Below are positions 48,232 through 59,101 of a DNA stretch of 64,000 nt, piece by piece (positions within the stretch are counted from its first letter, which is position 1; every line of letters begins with the position of its first letter). Under the pieces are notes generated by a model that was given only the letters and a program-made list of their open reading frames with translations, had not been told where the DNA came from and searched no databases. The stretch is from the NCBI GenBank assembly GCA_018376265.1, contig JAHABQ010000008.1:119031-183030 (forward strand). The letters run 5' to 3'. Position numbers and translations under genes: made by a program. Source of the DNA: Collinsella sp. (GTDB lineage Bacteria; Actinomycetota; Coriobacteriia; Coriobacteriales; Coriobacteriaceae).

Positions 48232-49197
48232 CTAGTACGTCGCCTTGTAACGGTTGACCTTCTCGCGATAATCGCGCGTGTCGGCCTCGCGCAGCTTGGT
48301 CATAGCATCGCGCTCGTCATCGGACAGGTTCGTGGGGACCTGTACCTTGATTTCGACGAGCAGCGCGCCTGTGCGGCCACGGTGCTTAACGTCGGGCGCA
48401 CCCATCTCCTTAAAGCGGAACTTCTTGCCCGTCTGGGTGCCAGCGGGCACCTTCAGACGAACCGTCGCGCCGCCGGGCGTGGGCACATCAACCGTGCAGC
48501 CGAGCGCCGCCTCGTAGACCGAGATCGGCACCTCCATGGTCACATCGGCACCCTTGCGCTTAAACAGCGGGTGCTCCTCCACATGCGTGGTCACGACCAG
48601 GTCGCCGCGCTCGCCGCCGGCAACGCCATACTCGCCGCGACGCTTGTAGCGTAGCTTGCCGCCGTCGACCGCGCCCGCGGGCACCGAGACCGTAATGGTC
48701 TGCTGCTCGCCTGTCGAGGGAATGCGATAGGTGACCTTGTGCGTCACGCCGCGAAACGCGTCCTCGGCCGTCACATCGACGGTCAGCGACAGGTCGCCGC
48801 CCTTGCGAGCACGGCTGCGACCCGCGCCGGCACCGGCAGCGCCCGCAGCCCCGGCAAAGCCCGAGCCCCAATCGCTGCCCCAGGCGCCGTTGCCGCTAAA
48901 GATGCTGTCGAAGATGTCGCCCCAGCCGCTGGCACCCGCGCCGGCACCGTAGCCGCCGCCATACGCGCCGCCCGCGCCCGGCATGCCGCCAAACATGAGC
49001 ATCTGGTCGTACTCTTTGCGCTTCTTCTCGTCCGAAAGCGTCTCGTAGGCCTCGCTGATCTCCTTGAACTTGGCCTCGTCGCCGCCGGCATCGGGGTGAT
49101 ATTTTTGCGCGAGCTTGCGAAACGCGCTCTTGATCTCTTTGTCGGAGGCGCTCTTGGATACGCCCAGGATGTCATAGAAGGTTTTGCCTGCAGCCAT
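48232..49197 (-). CDS. dnaJ: J-domain co-chaperone (DnaJ/CbpA type, no Cys-rich zinc-finger region)
   Basis: J domain with KYHPD, a Gly-rich linker, and C-terminal substrate-binding domains. Confidence 0.9.
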   Translation of the reverse strand: MAAGKTFYDILGVSKSASDKEIKSAFRKLAQKYHPDAGGDEAKFKEISEAYETLSDEKKRKEYDQMLMFGGMPGAGGAYGGGYGAGAGASGWGDIFDSIFSGNGAWGSDWGSGFAGAAGAAGAGAGRSRARKGGDLSLTVDVTAEDAFRGVTHKVTYRIPSTGEQQTITVSVPAGAVDGGKLRYKRRGEYGVAGGERGDLVVTTHVEEHPLFKRKGADVTMEVPISVYEAALGCTVDVPTPGGATVRLKVPAGTQTGKKFRFKEMGAPDVKHRGRTGALLVEIKVQVPTNLSDDERDAMTKLREADTRDYREKVNRYKATY

Positions 49198-49304
49198 CGT
49201 AGCTCCTCTCCTGTTTCATCCGCCGCCCAGCGGGCGGCGGCTCATGCTTTCATATGGCACTAGGCCAGAAAGGGCCCCGGGTGTTGCCCCGGGGCCCTTC
49301 TCAA

Positions 49305-50147
49305 TTACTCCTCGGTGCTCTCGGCCGTATCGGCCGCAGCATCCTCGGGCGCCGCTTCGGGCTCCGGTGCGGGGCGTTTCTCGCCGCCGTAGGTCACCGT
49401 CACCATCGCGGAACGCAGGATGCGATCCGCCATGCGGTAGCCCTTCTGGTACACGTCGTTGACGGTCTCATCGTACTGCGACGCGTCCTCGACGCGACCC
49501 ACGGCTTGGTGCTCGAGCGGATCGAACGCCTCGCCCTTGGGGTCGATGGGCTCAACGCCCTCGTGCGCAAACACATCGAGCAGCTTGGCATGCACCGCGT
49601 CGACACCGTCGACGAACTGCTTAAAGTCGTCGGCAAGCTCCTGGCTGCGGGCATGGTCGATCGCACGCTCGATATCGTCGACCACCGGCAGCAGCGCGGT
49701 GACGAGCTTCTCGGTCGCGCGCTCGCGCTCGGCGATGCGCTCGTTGGCGGTGCGGCGACGGAAGTTCTCCCAGTCGGCCTGCAGACGGGCGGTGCGCTCG
49801 GTGGCGTCCTTTGCCTTGTCCTCGGCGGCCTTCTGAGCCTCTGCCGCAGCATCGAGCTCATTGCGCACGTCGGCAAGCTCCTTCTGGGCCTGCTCGAACT
49901 TGAGCTTAAAGTCGTTGTCGGCGGCTTCTTCACCGGCGCGGATAGCGGCTTCCACCATCTCGTCCTCGGTCATCGTCGCCTCCTTGTTGGAATCCTCTAC
50001 CTGGTTCTCGGCAGCCTCGGCGGCCGGGGCCTCGTTGGCCTCGGTAACGTCTGCGGCCTCTACGGGAATCTTCACGTCCTTCTCCTCAGAGTCAACGGGG
50101 GCGGCGCCAGCGGCGGCCGCCTCCGTGCGAGCTTTACGGGCGGACAT
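49305..50147 (-). CDS. grpE: Nucleotide exchange factor GrpE with an extended acidic N-terminus
   Basis: Its position between dnaK and dnaJ. GrpE core LQADWENFRRR...GYRMADRILRSAMV. Confidence 0.9.
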   Translation of the reverse strand: MSARKARTEAAAAGAAPVDSEEKDVKIPVEAADVTEANEAPAAEAAENQVEDSNKEATMTEDEMVEAAIRAGEEAADNDFKLKFEQAQKELADVRNELDAAAEAQKAAEDKAKDATERTARLQADWENFRRRTANERIAERERATEKLVTALLPVVDDIERAIDHARSQELADDFKQFVDGVDAVHAKLLDVFAHEGVEPIDPKGEAFDPLEHQAVGRVEDASQYDETVNDVYQKGYRMADRILRSAMVTVTYGGEKRPAPEPEAAPEDAAADTAESTEE

Positions 50148-50149
50148 GA

Positions 50150-52042
<1,893 letters not shown>

Positions 52043-52146
52043 TAGAAATTCCCTCTCTCTTGTGCGTTTGCACCGACTCGGCGGTCTGCCGAGCGGTGTT
52101 TCGGCTTGTCTTTCAGGATGTAGTGTATCCCCTTATGGGCCGGAAT

Positions 52147-52180
52147 ATACAAAATCTAAGTCAATTCATATAAGATTTCT
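52147..52180 (-). promoter_or_regulatory. Conserved motif upstream of dnaK, shared with clpB (candidate HspR operator/promoter)
   Basis: See 42761-42796. The shared blocks in gene orientation are AAATCTTATAT, GACTTAGATTT and GT(G)TATA. Confidence 0.5.
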
Positions 52181-52305
52181 TATTGCTGAGAGTTTAGGTT
52201 CTTAAATGCGCAGGTAGATGCGCTGATTGAGTTCTCGGCAAATCTATCGAGATCTATGTAGAGATGGCTGAGGTTTGGGTCCGGGGGCGCCTGGGGCTGC
52301 CTTGT

Positions 52306-52477
52306 GGAAAGCTCGTCCCGGTTTGAGCGTGGATTCCGGGTCGCAGTTTCCGTCTGAAGACTCAACCGGAAACCGTATCCCGTTTTGAGAGCTGATACCG
52401 GCTCGCATTTTCCGCTAGCGGGCCTAACCGGAAACTGCAACCCGGTTTTCGGCCAAATAACGGGATGCCCTTTCCGC
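52306..52477. repeat. Second array of three tandem ~60-bp dyad units of the GGAAA-N6-CCCGG / CCGG-N6-TTTCC family
   Basis: The units start near 52306, 52366 and 52428. The architecture matches the array at 27403-27560. Confidence 0.75.
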
Positions 52478-52699
52478 AGGCGCGCTCAATAGCTCAATAT
52501 TTCAAGTCACCTTTAGCTAACATTTGCGCAGCTCAACGGCCCCACCTGCGCATTTTTTAGTAAACCTTGGCATACTCGGCGAACGGTATGAAGATGCCGG
52601 TCAGAGGGTATTGCAAACGGTCGCTCCCGTGGTATGTTTTTGCCCGAATCAAACCGGCGCGCATCGCCTGTAGCGTCGGTCAACAGAGAGGAAACTACC

Positions 52700-52885
52700 A
52701 TGGCTCATCCCGTAATTGATGCCGACGAGTGCATCGCTTGTGGCGTTTGCGTCGACTCCTGCCCCGCTGGCGTTCTGGAGCTCCAGGACGTCGCTACCGT
52801 CGCTGACGAGGACTCCTGCGTCGCCTGTGGCGCTTGCCAGGACGCTTGCCCCGCTGGCGCGATCACCGAGATCGTCGAGGAGTAA
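52700..52885 (+). CDS. Small 2x[4Fe-4S] ferredoxin (61 aa)
   Basis: Two CxxCxxCxxxCP motifs (CIACGVCVDSCP, CVACGACQDACP). ATG at 52700 after AGAGAGGAAA. Confidence 0.85.
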   Translation: MAHPVIDADECIACGVCVDSCPAGVLELQDVATVADEDSCVACGACQDACPAGAITEIVEE

Positions 52886-52924
52886 CAACTCCCCCACTTG
52901 CACACTCAAAAGTACACCGTGCAC

Positions 52925-52964
52925 AAAAAAGGAGGCCTCCGCATCGCCGCGGAGGCCTCCTTTT
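52925..52964. terminator. Bidirectional rho-independent terminator between the ferredoxin gene and niaR
   Basis: AAAAAA-GGAGGCCTCCGC-ATCGCC-GCGGAGGCCTCC-TTTT. Confidence 0.75.
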
Positions 52965-52977
52965 GCATTCGTCGTTA

Positions 52978-53523
52978 CTAGGACAGATCGTCTTCGTAGG
53001 GCATTAGGTCCGCCAAGTAGCCTTTCTCCTTGAGCATCGCCTCGATCTCGTCGAGGGTTTGCTCGTCCTCCGCCGCGATGCGATGGAAGTGATAGCCGCT
53101 CGTCACCGTTAGTAGCGGGAAACTCTTGCCGCTCTCGATATCGTGCAGGTAGCGCTCAACATCGCGACGATTGCGGATGTCCAGGTCGGCCGTGATCTTG
53201 CCGTACACACGATGGTTGACGATCACGTTAAGCACGGCGCCACCCGCGTCGACGATACTCGTAAGTTCGTCGCCCGCCTGCTCCACGCTGTGGCGCACCT
53301 TAACAAGACGCGTGGGCACGGCGGGGCTGCTGGGGGCCTCCTGCAGCACATAACCACGGTTGGTCGCCACGATATCGTGCCCATCGGCGCGCAGCAGGGC
53401 GATGTCCTGCACCACGACCTGGCGGCTCACACCCACCTCACGAGCAAGTGCGCTGCCCGATACGGGCCCCTTGGCCACCTCGAGCACGGCCATGATGGCA
53501 CGGCGACGCTCGCGGGCGTCCAT
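52978..53523 (-). CDS. niaR: NiaR (YrxA)-type transcriptional repressor of NAD biosynthesis (HTH plus 3H domain)
   Basis: N-terminal HTH (GSALAREVGVSRQVVVQDIALLRADG) plus a C-terminal His-containing 3H-like domain. It lies in an operon with nadC, nadB and nadA. Confidence 0.8.
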   Translation of the reverse strand: MDARERRRAIMAVLEVAKGPVSGSALAREVGVSRQVVVQDIALLRADGHDIVATNRGYVLQEAPSSPAVPTRLVKVRHSVEQAGDELTSIVDAGGAVLNVIVNHRVYGKITADLDIRNRRDVERYLHDIESGKSFPLLTVTSGYHFHRIAAEDEQTLDEIEAMLKEKGYLADLMPYEDDLS

Positions 53524-54383
53524 TATTTACCGTCCAGCAGACGCAGGTGCTTAAGCGAGAGGTCGAGAATCGGCGCAGAGTGCGTTAACGCCCCCGAGCT
53601 TATAAAGTCAACGCCCAGGTCGGCGAGCGCGCGGATATTGCTGGCGTCCACGTTGCCCGAGCACTCGGTCTTGGCGCGACCGGCGATAAGCTCAATCGCG
53701 GCAGCCATGTCGTCGTGGGTCATGTTGTCGAACATGATGATATCGGCGCCGGCCTCCACGGCCTCGCGTACCATGTCCAGGTTCTCGCACTCAATCTCGA
53801 CCGTCGCGGTAAACGATGCATGGGCGCGCGCCATCTCGATCGCACGCGTCACGCCACCGGCGGCATCGATGTGGTTGTCCTTGAGCATGACGGCCGTCGA
53901 CAGGTTGTAACGGTGGTTGCTGCCGCCGCCGATCTCGACTGCCGCCTTTTCAAACACACGCATGCCCGGTGTGGTCTTGCGCGTGTCGACAAGCACGGTC
54001 TTAGTGCCCTCGAGCGCCGCGGCCATGCTGTGCGTGTAGGTAGCGATGCCGCTCATGCGCTGCAGGTAGTTGAGCGCCACGCGCTCGCCCGAAAGCAACA
54101 CGCGCGCGTCGCCGCGCACCTGGCCCACGTGATCGCCGGCATGCACCTCGTCGCCATCCGAGACATCGAACAACACGGAGCTCTGCGGATCCAGCAGCTC
54201 AAAGGTGCGGGCGAATACGTCCAGGCCGGCGATAATGCCGTCGGCCTTGGCGATAAGCTCCACCGTGGCGGGACGCGCCGTGGGGCACACGCTCGCCGTG
54301 CTCACGTCCTCAAACGTAATGTCCTCGCGCAGAGCCTGCAGAATCAGATCATCGACGACGAGCTTCATGGTAATGGGATTCAT
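53523..54383 (-). CDS. nadC: Nicotinate-nucleotide (quinolinate) pyrophosphorylase
   Basis: Typical length and motifs (TRKTTPG, MLKDNH, IMFDNM). Confidence 0.9.
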   Translation of the reverse strand: MNPITMKLVVDDLILQALREDITFEDVSTASVCPTARPATVELIAKADGIIAGLDVFARTFELLDPQSSVLFDVSDGDEVHAGDHVGQVRGDARVLLSGERVALNYLQRMSGIATYTHSMAAALEGTKTVLVDTRKTTPGMRVFEKAAVEIGGGSNHRYNLSTAVMLKDNHIDAAGGVTRAIEMARAHASFTATVEIECENLDMVREAVEAGADIIMFDNMTHDDMAAAIELIAGRAKTECSGNVDASNIRALADLGVDFISSGALTHSAPILDLSLKHLRLLDGK

Positions 54384-54386
54384 GGT

Positions 54387-55763
54387 CTACTCCTCCACGG
54401 CCTGCGTGCCGGCGGCACGGGCCAATTCATCGATTGCCAGGGTGTCGACGCTCAGGGCGCGATGACGGCCATCGAGCGCGGGATCGCCCGCCTGCTCCAC
54501 GGCCAGCGACTCGCCGGTGCGCATGTACCACGCGGCGCGACGACCCCAGACCAACGCCTCGAGCAGGCTGTTTGATGCAAGGCGGTTCTTGCCGTGCACG
54601 CCGTTGCAAGCCGTCTCGCCCGCGGCGTAGAGCTCGGGCATCGAGGTGCGGCCGTCCCTGTCTACCCACACGCCGCCCATAAAGTAGTGCTGCGTGGGCG
54701 TAACGGGAATGGGCTCGTCCAGGATGTCGCGACCGTCCTCAAGGCAGCGCGCGCGAATGTTGGCAAAATGCCCGGTCACCACGTCGCGCTCGACGGGGGC
54801 AAAGCTCAGCCACTCGTGCTCGGTGCCGTCCTGCTTCATCTGCTCGCGGATGGCGGCGGCGACCACATCGCGCGGCTGGAGCTCGTCGGTAAAGCGCTCG
54901 CCGGCGGCGTTGAGCAAAATCGCGCCCTCGCCGCGGCAGCTCTCGCTGATCAGGAAGGTGCGGCCCGGCTGCGGCGAGAACAGGCCCGTGGGATGGATCT
55001 GCACGTAGTCCAGGTGCTCCATCTTAATGCCATGCTCCTGAGCGATGTAGCAGGCGTCGCCCGTGAGCTGCGGGTAGTTGGTCGAGTGGTCGTACACGCC
55101 GCCAATGCCACCCGTCGCCCACAGCGTGTGGCGGGCATGGATCTTAAACGGCTTACCGGCATGCACGCCCTCAGCGGCATTTGCCAGCTCGTCGGCGGGG
55201 CGAACCGAGTTGTCCTCGTCCACGGCTACGGCGACGACGCTGGTGCACACCGTGGCGCCATCGCGCTCGGCGGTCAGGATGTCGGTCATGGCCACGTGCT
55301 CCAAAATCTGCACGTTGTCCAGCTTGCGAACGGCCTGGAGCAGCTTGGTCGTGATCTCCTTGCCCGTAATGTCGGCATGGAAGGCAATGCGCGGACGGCT
55401 GTGCGCGCCCTCGCGGGTAAAATTGAGGCTGCCGTCGGCCTTGCGCTCAAAATCCACGCCCATCGCTAGCAGGTCGTTGATGACCGAGCGACTCGAGCGA
55501 ATCATGATGTCGACGCTCTCGCGGCGGTTCTCGTAGTGGCCGGCGTGCATGGTGTCCTCAAAGAAGGCATCGTAGTCCGAGCCTTCGGGCAGCACGCAGA
55601 TGCCGCCCTGCGCGAGCATCGAATCGCACTCATCGACCGCGCCCTTGGAGAGCATGATCACGCGCGTGCTCGTCGGCAGATTGAGGGCCGCGTACAGACC
55701 CGCCACGCCGCAGCCGGCAATAACGACGTCGCACTCCATATCGGGGTATTGCTTGGTTTCCAC
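54387..55763 (-). CDS. nadB: L-aspartate oxidase
   Basis: FAD motif DVVIAGCGVAGL plus the succinate dehydrogenase/fumarate reductase flavoprotein fold. GTG at 55763 after GGGAGAGGA (alternative ATG at 55739). The 662-aa track ORF was trimmed. Confidence 0.85.
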   Translation of the reverse strand: METKQYPDMECDVVIAGCGVAGLYAALNLPTSTRVIMLSKGAVDECDSMLAQGGICVLPEGSDYDAFFEDTMHAGHYENRRESVDIMIRSSRSVINDLLAMGVDFERKADGSLNFTREGAHSRPRIAFHADITGKEITTKLLQAVRKLDNVQILEHVAMTDILTAERDGATVCTSVVAVAVDEDNSVRPADELANAAEGVHAGKPFKIHARHTLWATGGIGGVYDHSTNYPQLTGDACYIAQEHGIKMEHLDYVQIHPTGLFSPQPGRTFLISESCRGEGAILLNAAGERFTDELQPRDVVAAAIREQMKQDGTEHEWLSFAPVERDVVTGHFANIRARCLEDGRDILDEPIPVTPTQHYFMGGVWVDRDGRTSMPELYAAGETACNGVHGKNRLASNSLLEALVWGRRAAWYMRTGESLAVEQAGDPALDGRHRALSVDTLAIDELARAAGTQAVEE

Positions 55764-55819
55764 AGGAATCCTCTCCCTTGTAATGTGACATAAGGGACCG
55801 TCCCTCATGCAACATTGTT

Positions 55820-56745
55820 CTAGCGCGCTGCGTACTCGAGCATACGGTCGAGCGTGAGCTTGGCCTGGTCTGCCGCCTCGTCCGAGACGCCGATCTGCAC
55901 CTCGCCCTCGCCCGTCTCCAGGCAGCGCACGAGCTTTTCGAGCGTGATGAGGTCCATGTTGACGCAGGTGGGCTGCACCGCGGGGAAATAGAACTTCTTG
56001 CCGGTGCCCTGGCAGCGGCGCTCGAGCTCGTAGAGCACGCCGCGGACCGTCACGATGATGAACTCGCTCGCGTCCGACTCCTCGGCATACTTGATGATAC
56101 CGGCGGTGGAGCCGATGTAGTCGGCCTCGGCCAGAACGTCGGCCTTGCACTCGGGGTGCGCCAGCACGAGCGCGTCGGGGTGGGCCTCCGTCGCGTCGAC
56201 GATCTGCTCGACGGTGATGATGTGGTGACGCGGGCAGTAGCCCTTGTTGAGAATGACGTGCTTCTGCGGCACTTGCTCGGCCACGAAACGGCCCAGATTC
56301 TGGTCGGGAATGAACAGAATGTGCTGCTGCGGCAGCTCGGACACGATCTTGACAGCGTTGGAGCTGGTAACGCACACGTCACTCCAGCTTTTGATCTCGA
56401 CCGTCGAGTTGACGTAGCACACCACGGCCAGGTCATCGCCATACTCGGCACGGGCGGCATCGACCGTCTCGCGCTTGACCATGTGCGCCATGGGGCAGTC
56501 CGCGCCCGGCTCGGGCAGCAGCACGGTCTTGGTGGGGTTGAGCAGCTTGGCGCTCTCGCCCATAAACTCCACGCCGCACAGCACGCCAGGATCACCGCGT
56601 CACGTTGGGTTTTTAGTTGCTGAATGGCCTCGACGAGCTCTGCGGGCACCAGTGCCGCGCGCTCCGTTGCCGTCGTTGCCGATGCTAGGCCGGCCGCGAT
56701 ATCGCGTGCAAGCTCCGACGCATCCATGTTCGCGCTCTGTGCCAT
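55820..56745 (-). pseudogene. nadA: Quinolinate synthase gene carrying an internal out-of-frame deletion (~35-38 codons missing) near 56580-56590
   Basis: The N-terminal piece (...IQQLKTQRDAVILA) is in one frame and the remainder (VLCGVEFMGESAKLLNP...) in another. The conserved block between AVILAH and CGVxFM seen in NadA proteins is absent. Confidence 0.75.
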
Positions 56746-56786
56746 CAAGGCCCCTCTCTTTTGGCGAATCTTGGGGCTTTAGTATG

Positions 56787-56830
56787 ACACCTAGGTTTAC
56801 AGCTGACAAGACAGCTGTAAACCTAGGTGT
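56787..56830. promoter_or_regulatory. 19-bp perfect inverted repeat ACACCTAGGTTTACAGCTG / CAGCTGTAAACCTAGGTGT, 40-85 bp upstream of the nadA start (candidate NiaR operator)
   Basis: Read directly. Its position relative to the niaR-containing operon supports the call. Confidence 0.5.
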
Positions 56831-57037
56831 AAAGTTGAAATAAAGATTCAATCATGTGGCAGGTCCATATTCGAACTGGCAAGCTGAGGATAGCTGAGCT
56901 CTCGATGGCGCAGGAGGCATCTTTCGCCACCGCAATACCGCTTGGCGCGAGTTGCACGCCGTGGGGCGCAAACGGTCCGCACCCCCGCAAGCGGCGCGTA
57001 CCCGATGTGGCAAAATCGAACTACTTAAGGGGGCCGA

Positions 57038-57760
57038 ATGCTCAAGATTATTGCCTGCGACGATGATGTCGCTTTTCTAGATAGACTGCACCGGATGATC
57101 GACCGTTGGTCGACCGAGACGGGCACGGCGGTCGATGTTGCGCTCGTCACGCGCGGCGAGGACCTGCTGGCCCGCCATGCCGCATCGCGCGCCGACATCA
57201 TTCTGCTCGACATGATCATGCCGCTCGTCAACGGCATGGACACCGCGCGCGAATTGCGCCAGGCCGATACCGCCGTGCGCCTGGTGTTCCTCACCTCGTC
57301 GCCCGAGTTCGCACTGGAGTCCTACGAGGTCCGTGCCTTCGACTATCTGCTCAAGCCCGTGACTTACGAACGCCTGGCGCAGTTACTTAACGAGCTTTCG
57401 AGCATGCGCCCGGCGGCAACCGACGAGCTCGTGATCAAAACTTCCTTTGGCTACCACGCCCTGCGCCTGTCCGACATCGAATATGCCGAGGCGCGCAACA
57501 AGCACGTGGTCTTCCACCTGCGCGACGGACGCGACATCGAGGCACTCGAGTCGTTCCGCAGCGTCGAGGACCGTTTGGCGCAAAATGCCACCTTCTTTAA
57601 ATGCCACCGTAGTTACCAGGTCAACTTGCGCAACATCGACCACTTCGATCGCACGGACATCGTCATGCGCTCCGGCGCGTGCATCCCGCTTTCGCGCAGC
57701 TGCAAGCAGGGATTCCAAGACGCCTACTTTGCGGTGCGCTTTGAGGGCGGGAGGCGCTGA
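57038..57760 (+). CDS. LytTR-family response regulator
   Basis: Receiver domain (IACDDD...ILLDMIMP...K) plus a C-terminal LytTR DNA-binding domain (FFKCHRSYQVNL). Confidence 0.9.
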   Translation: MLKIIACDDDVAFLDRLHRMIDRWSTETGTAVDVALVTRGEDLLARHAASRADIILLDMIMPLVNGMDTARELRQADTAVRLVFLTSSPEFALESYEVRAFDYLLKPVTYERLAQLLNELSSMRPAATDELVIKTSFGYHALRLSDIEYAEARNKHVVFHLRDGRDIEALESFRSVEDRLAQNATFFKCHRSYQVNLRNIDHFDRTDIVMRSGACIPLSRSCKQGFQDAYFAVRFEGGRR

Positions 57761-59037
57761 TGGTCTCCTCGGTCGAAATGATCCTTTGGGCAATCCACCA
57801 CGCCACGACGCTACTCTTTGGCGTCTTTGCCTCGGCGGCGCTGTGCGGTATCGAGATCAACCGGCGTCATGCGCTTGAACTGGTGCTGGTCGGTGCCGTA
57901 ACCGGATGCGCATTTGGCCTCGCCAATGCCGTCGGCGGCGAGCTTTTCGCCCGCCAGGTATATCCGCTCGTCGTGCATCTGCCGCTCATCATCTATTTGT
58001 GTGCGCGCTACCGCCTGAGCCCGCTGCTTGCCGCGCTCGGCATTACGAGTGCCTATCTGAGCTGCCAGTTCAGCAATTGGATGGGCATCGCCGCCTTTGC
58101 CGCAACCGATTCGCAGATTGCGTACTATCTGGCGCGTATCGCGACCACACTCGCCGTCTTTGCCGTCCTGTTGCATTGGGCCGGCGACATCGGTCCGCGC
58201 TTGGCGATTAAAAGCACCACCGAGCTGGGCATCCTTTTAATCCTGCCGCTCGTCTATTACGTCTTTGACTATGCCACCAACGTCTACACCACGCTGTTCC
58301 ACTCGGGCTCGGTGGTGACGGTTGAGTTTTTGGCATTTGCGCTCTGTGCCTTCTATCTTATGTTTCTTGCCGTTTACCTGCGTGAATACGAAGAAAAGGA
58401 AACCGCCGAGCGAGAGCGTTGGATGCTCGAGACCCGCGACAGCGCCGCCATCAAAGAGCTCGAGGCTTGGCGTCAATCTGGGCGCGAGCTGTCGATTCTG
58501 CGCCACGACATGCGCCACTTCCTACGCGGCCTGGCCGCTTTAATTGAAGAGGGCCACACCGACGAGGCGCTCAAACGCATCGATGAACTCTGCGAAGCCG
58601 GCGATCGCACCGCCGTACGCCGCTTCTGCGCCAACGAGACCGTAAACATCGCGCTTTCGTCATTTAACTCGGATATCAATAGAAACGGCATTACCGCCAA
58701 CCTGCGCGCCGCCGTACCCGAAACCATCCACGTAGGCGACGCCGACCTGTTTAGCGTGCTCTCAAATGCCTTGGAAAACGCTATCACCGCCGCAAGCGCC
58801 GCACCCCAAGGAAAGCGATTCGTCGACCTTGACCTGCGATTAGAGGACAGCCAGCTGCTGCTGTTAGTTTCCAATACGTTTGACCGCGCGCCGCGCATGG
58901 TCGACGGCATGCCCGTGACCCGGCATGCGGGCCACGGCTTTGGCACCAGAAGCATCAAACTCGCCGTGGAGCGCATGAACGGCAACTGTCAGTTCCGCAT
59001 TAACGGCGATCGGTTTGAGCTGCGCGCTGTGATGTAG
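57760..59037 (+). CDS. Polytopic GHKL sensor histidine kinase (AgrC/LytS-like, HPK10-type)
   Basis: About six N-terminal TM helices. ILRHDMRHF H-box-like segment. ATPase motifs NALENAI and GHGFGTRSI. Its start overlaps the regulator's stop (ATGA). Confidence 0.85.
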   Translation: MVSSVEMILWAIHHATTLLFGVFASAALCGIEINRRHALELVLVGAVTGCAFGLANAVGGELFARQVYPLVVHLPLIIYLCARYRLSPLLAALGITSAYLSCQFSNWMGIAAFAATDSQIAYYLARIATTLAVFAVLLHWAGDIGPRLAIKSTTELGILLILPLVYYVFDYATNVYTTLFHSGSVVTVEFLAFALCAFYLMFLAVYLREYEEKETAERERWMLETRDSAAIKELEAWRQSGRELSILRHDMRHFLRGLAALIEEGHTDEALKRIDELCEAGDRTAVRRFCANETVNIALSSFNSDINRNGITANLRAAVPETIHVGDADLFSVLSNALENAITAASAAPQGKRFVDLDLRLEDSQLLLLVSNTFDRAPRMVDGMPVTRHAGHGFGTRSIKLAVERMNGNCQFRINGDRFELRAVM

Positions 59038-59101
59038 AAGTGCGGCGCCGATCTCGCGGCGTGTCTTGCCCGCCAGGCAATCGCTCACCGGTGCCAATCC
59101 G

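Noticed and set aside
48232-49197. DnaJ lacking the Cys-rich zinc-finger region, considered as a possible deletion like those in nadA and hypF
   Set aside because: The J domain, Gly-rich linker and C-terminal domains are contiguous and in frame. J proteins without the zinc finger (CbpA-like class) are a normal family, so there is no evidence of decay.
54387-56375. 662-aa track ORF, suggesting a giant NadB
   Set aside because: The N-terminal ~200 residues are Arg/Gly/Pro-rich and overlap nadA out of frame. The FAD motif and RBS place the real start at 55763 or 55739.
56854-57066. 70-aa ORF upstream of the LytTR regulator, considered as a candidate signalling-peptide precursor
   Set aside because: It has no RBS, overlaps the regulator's start, and its composition and lack of a leader or processing motif give no support.
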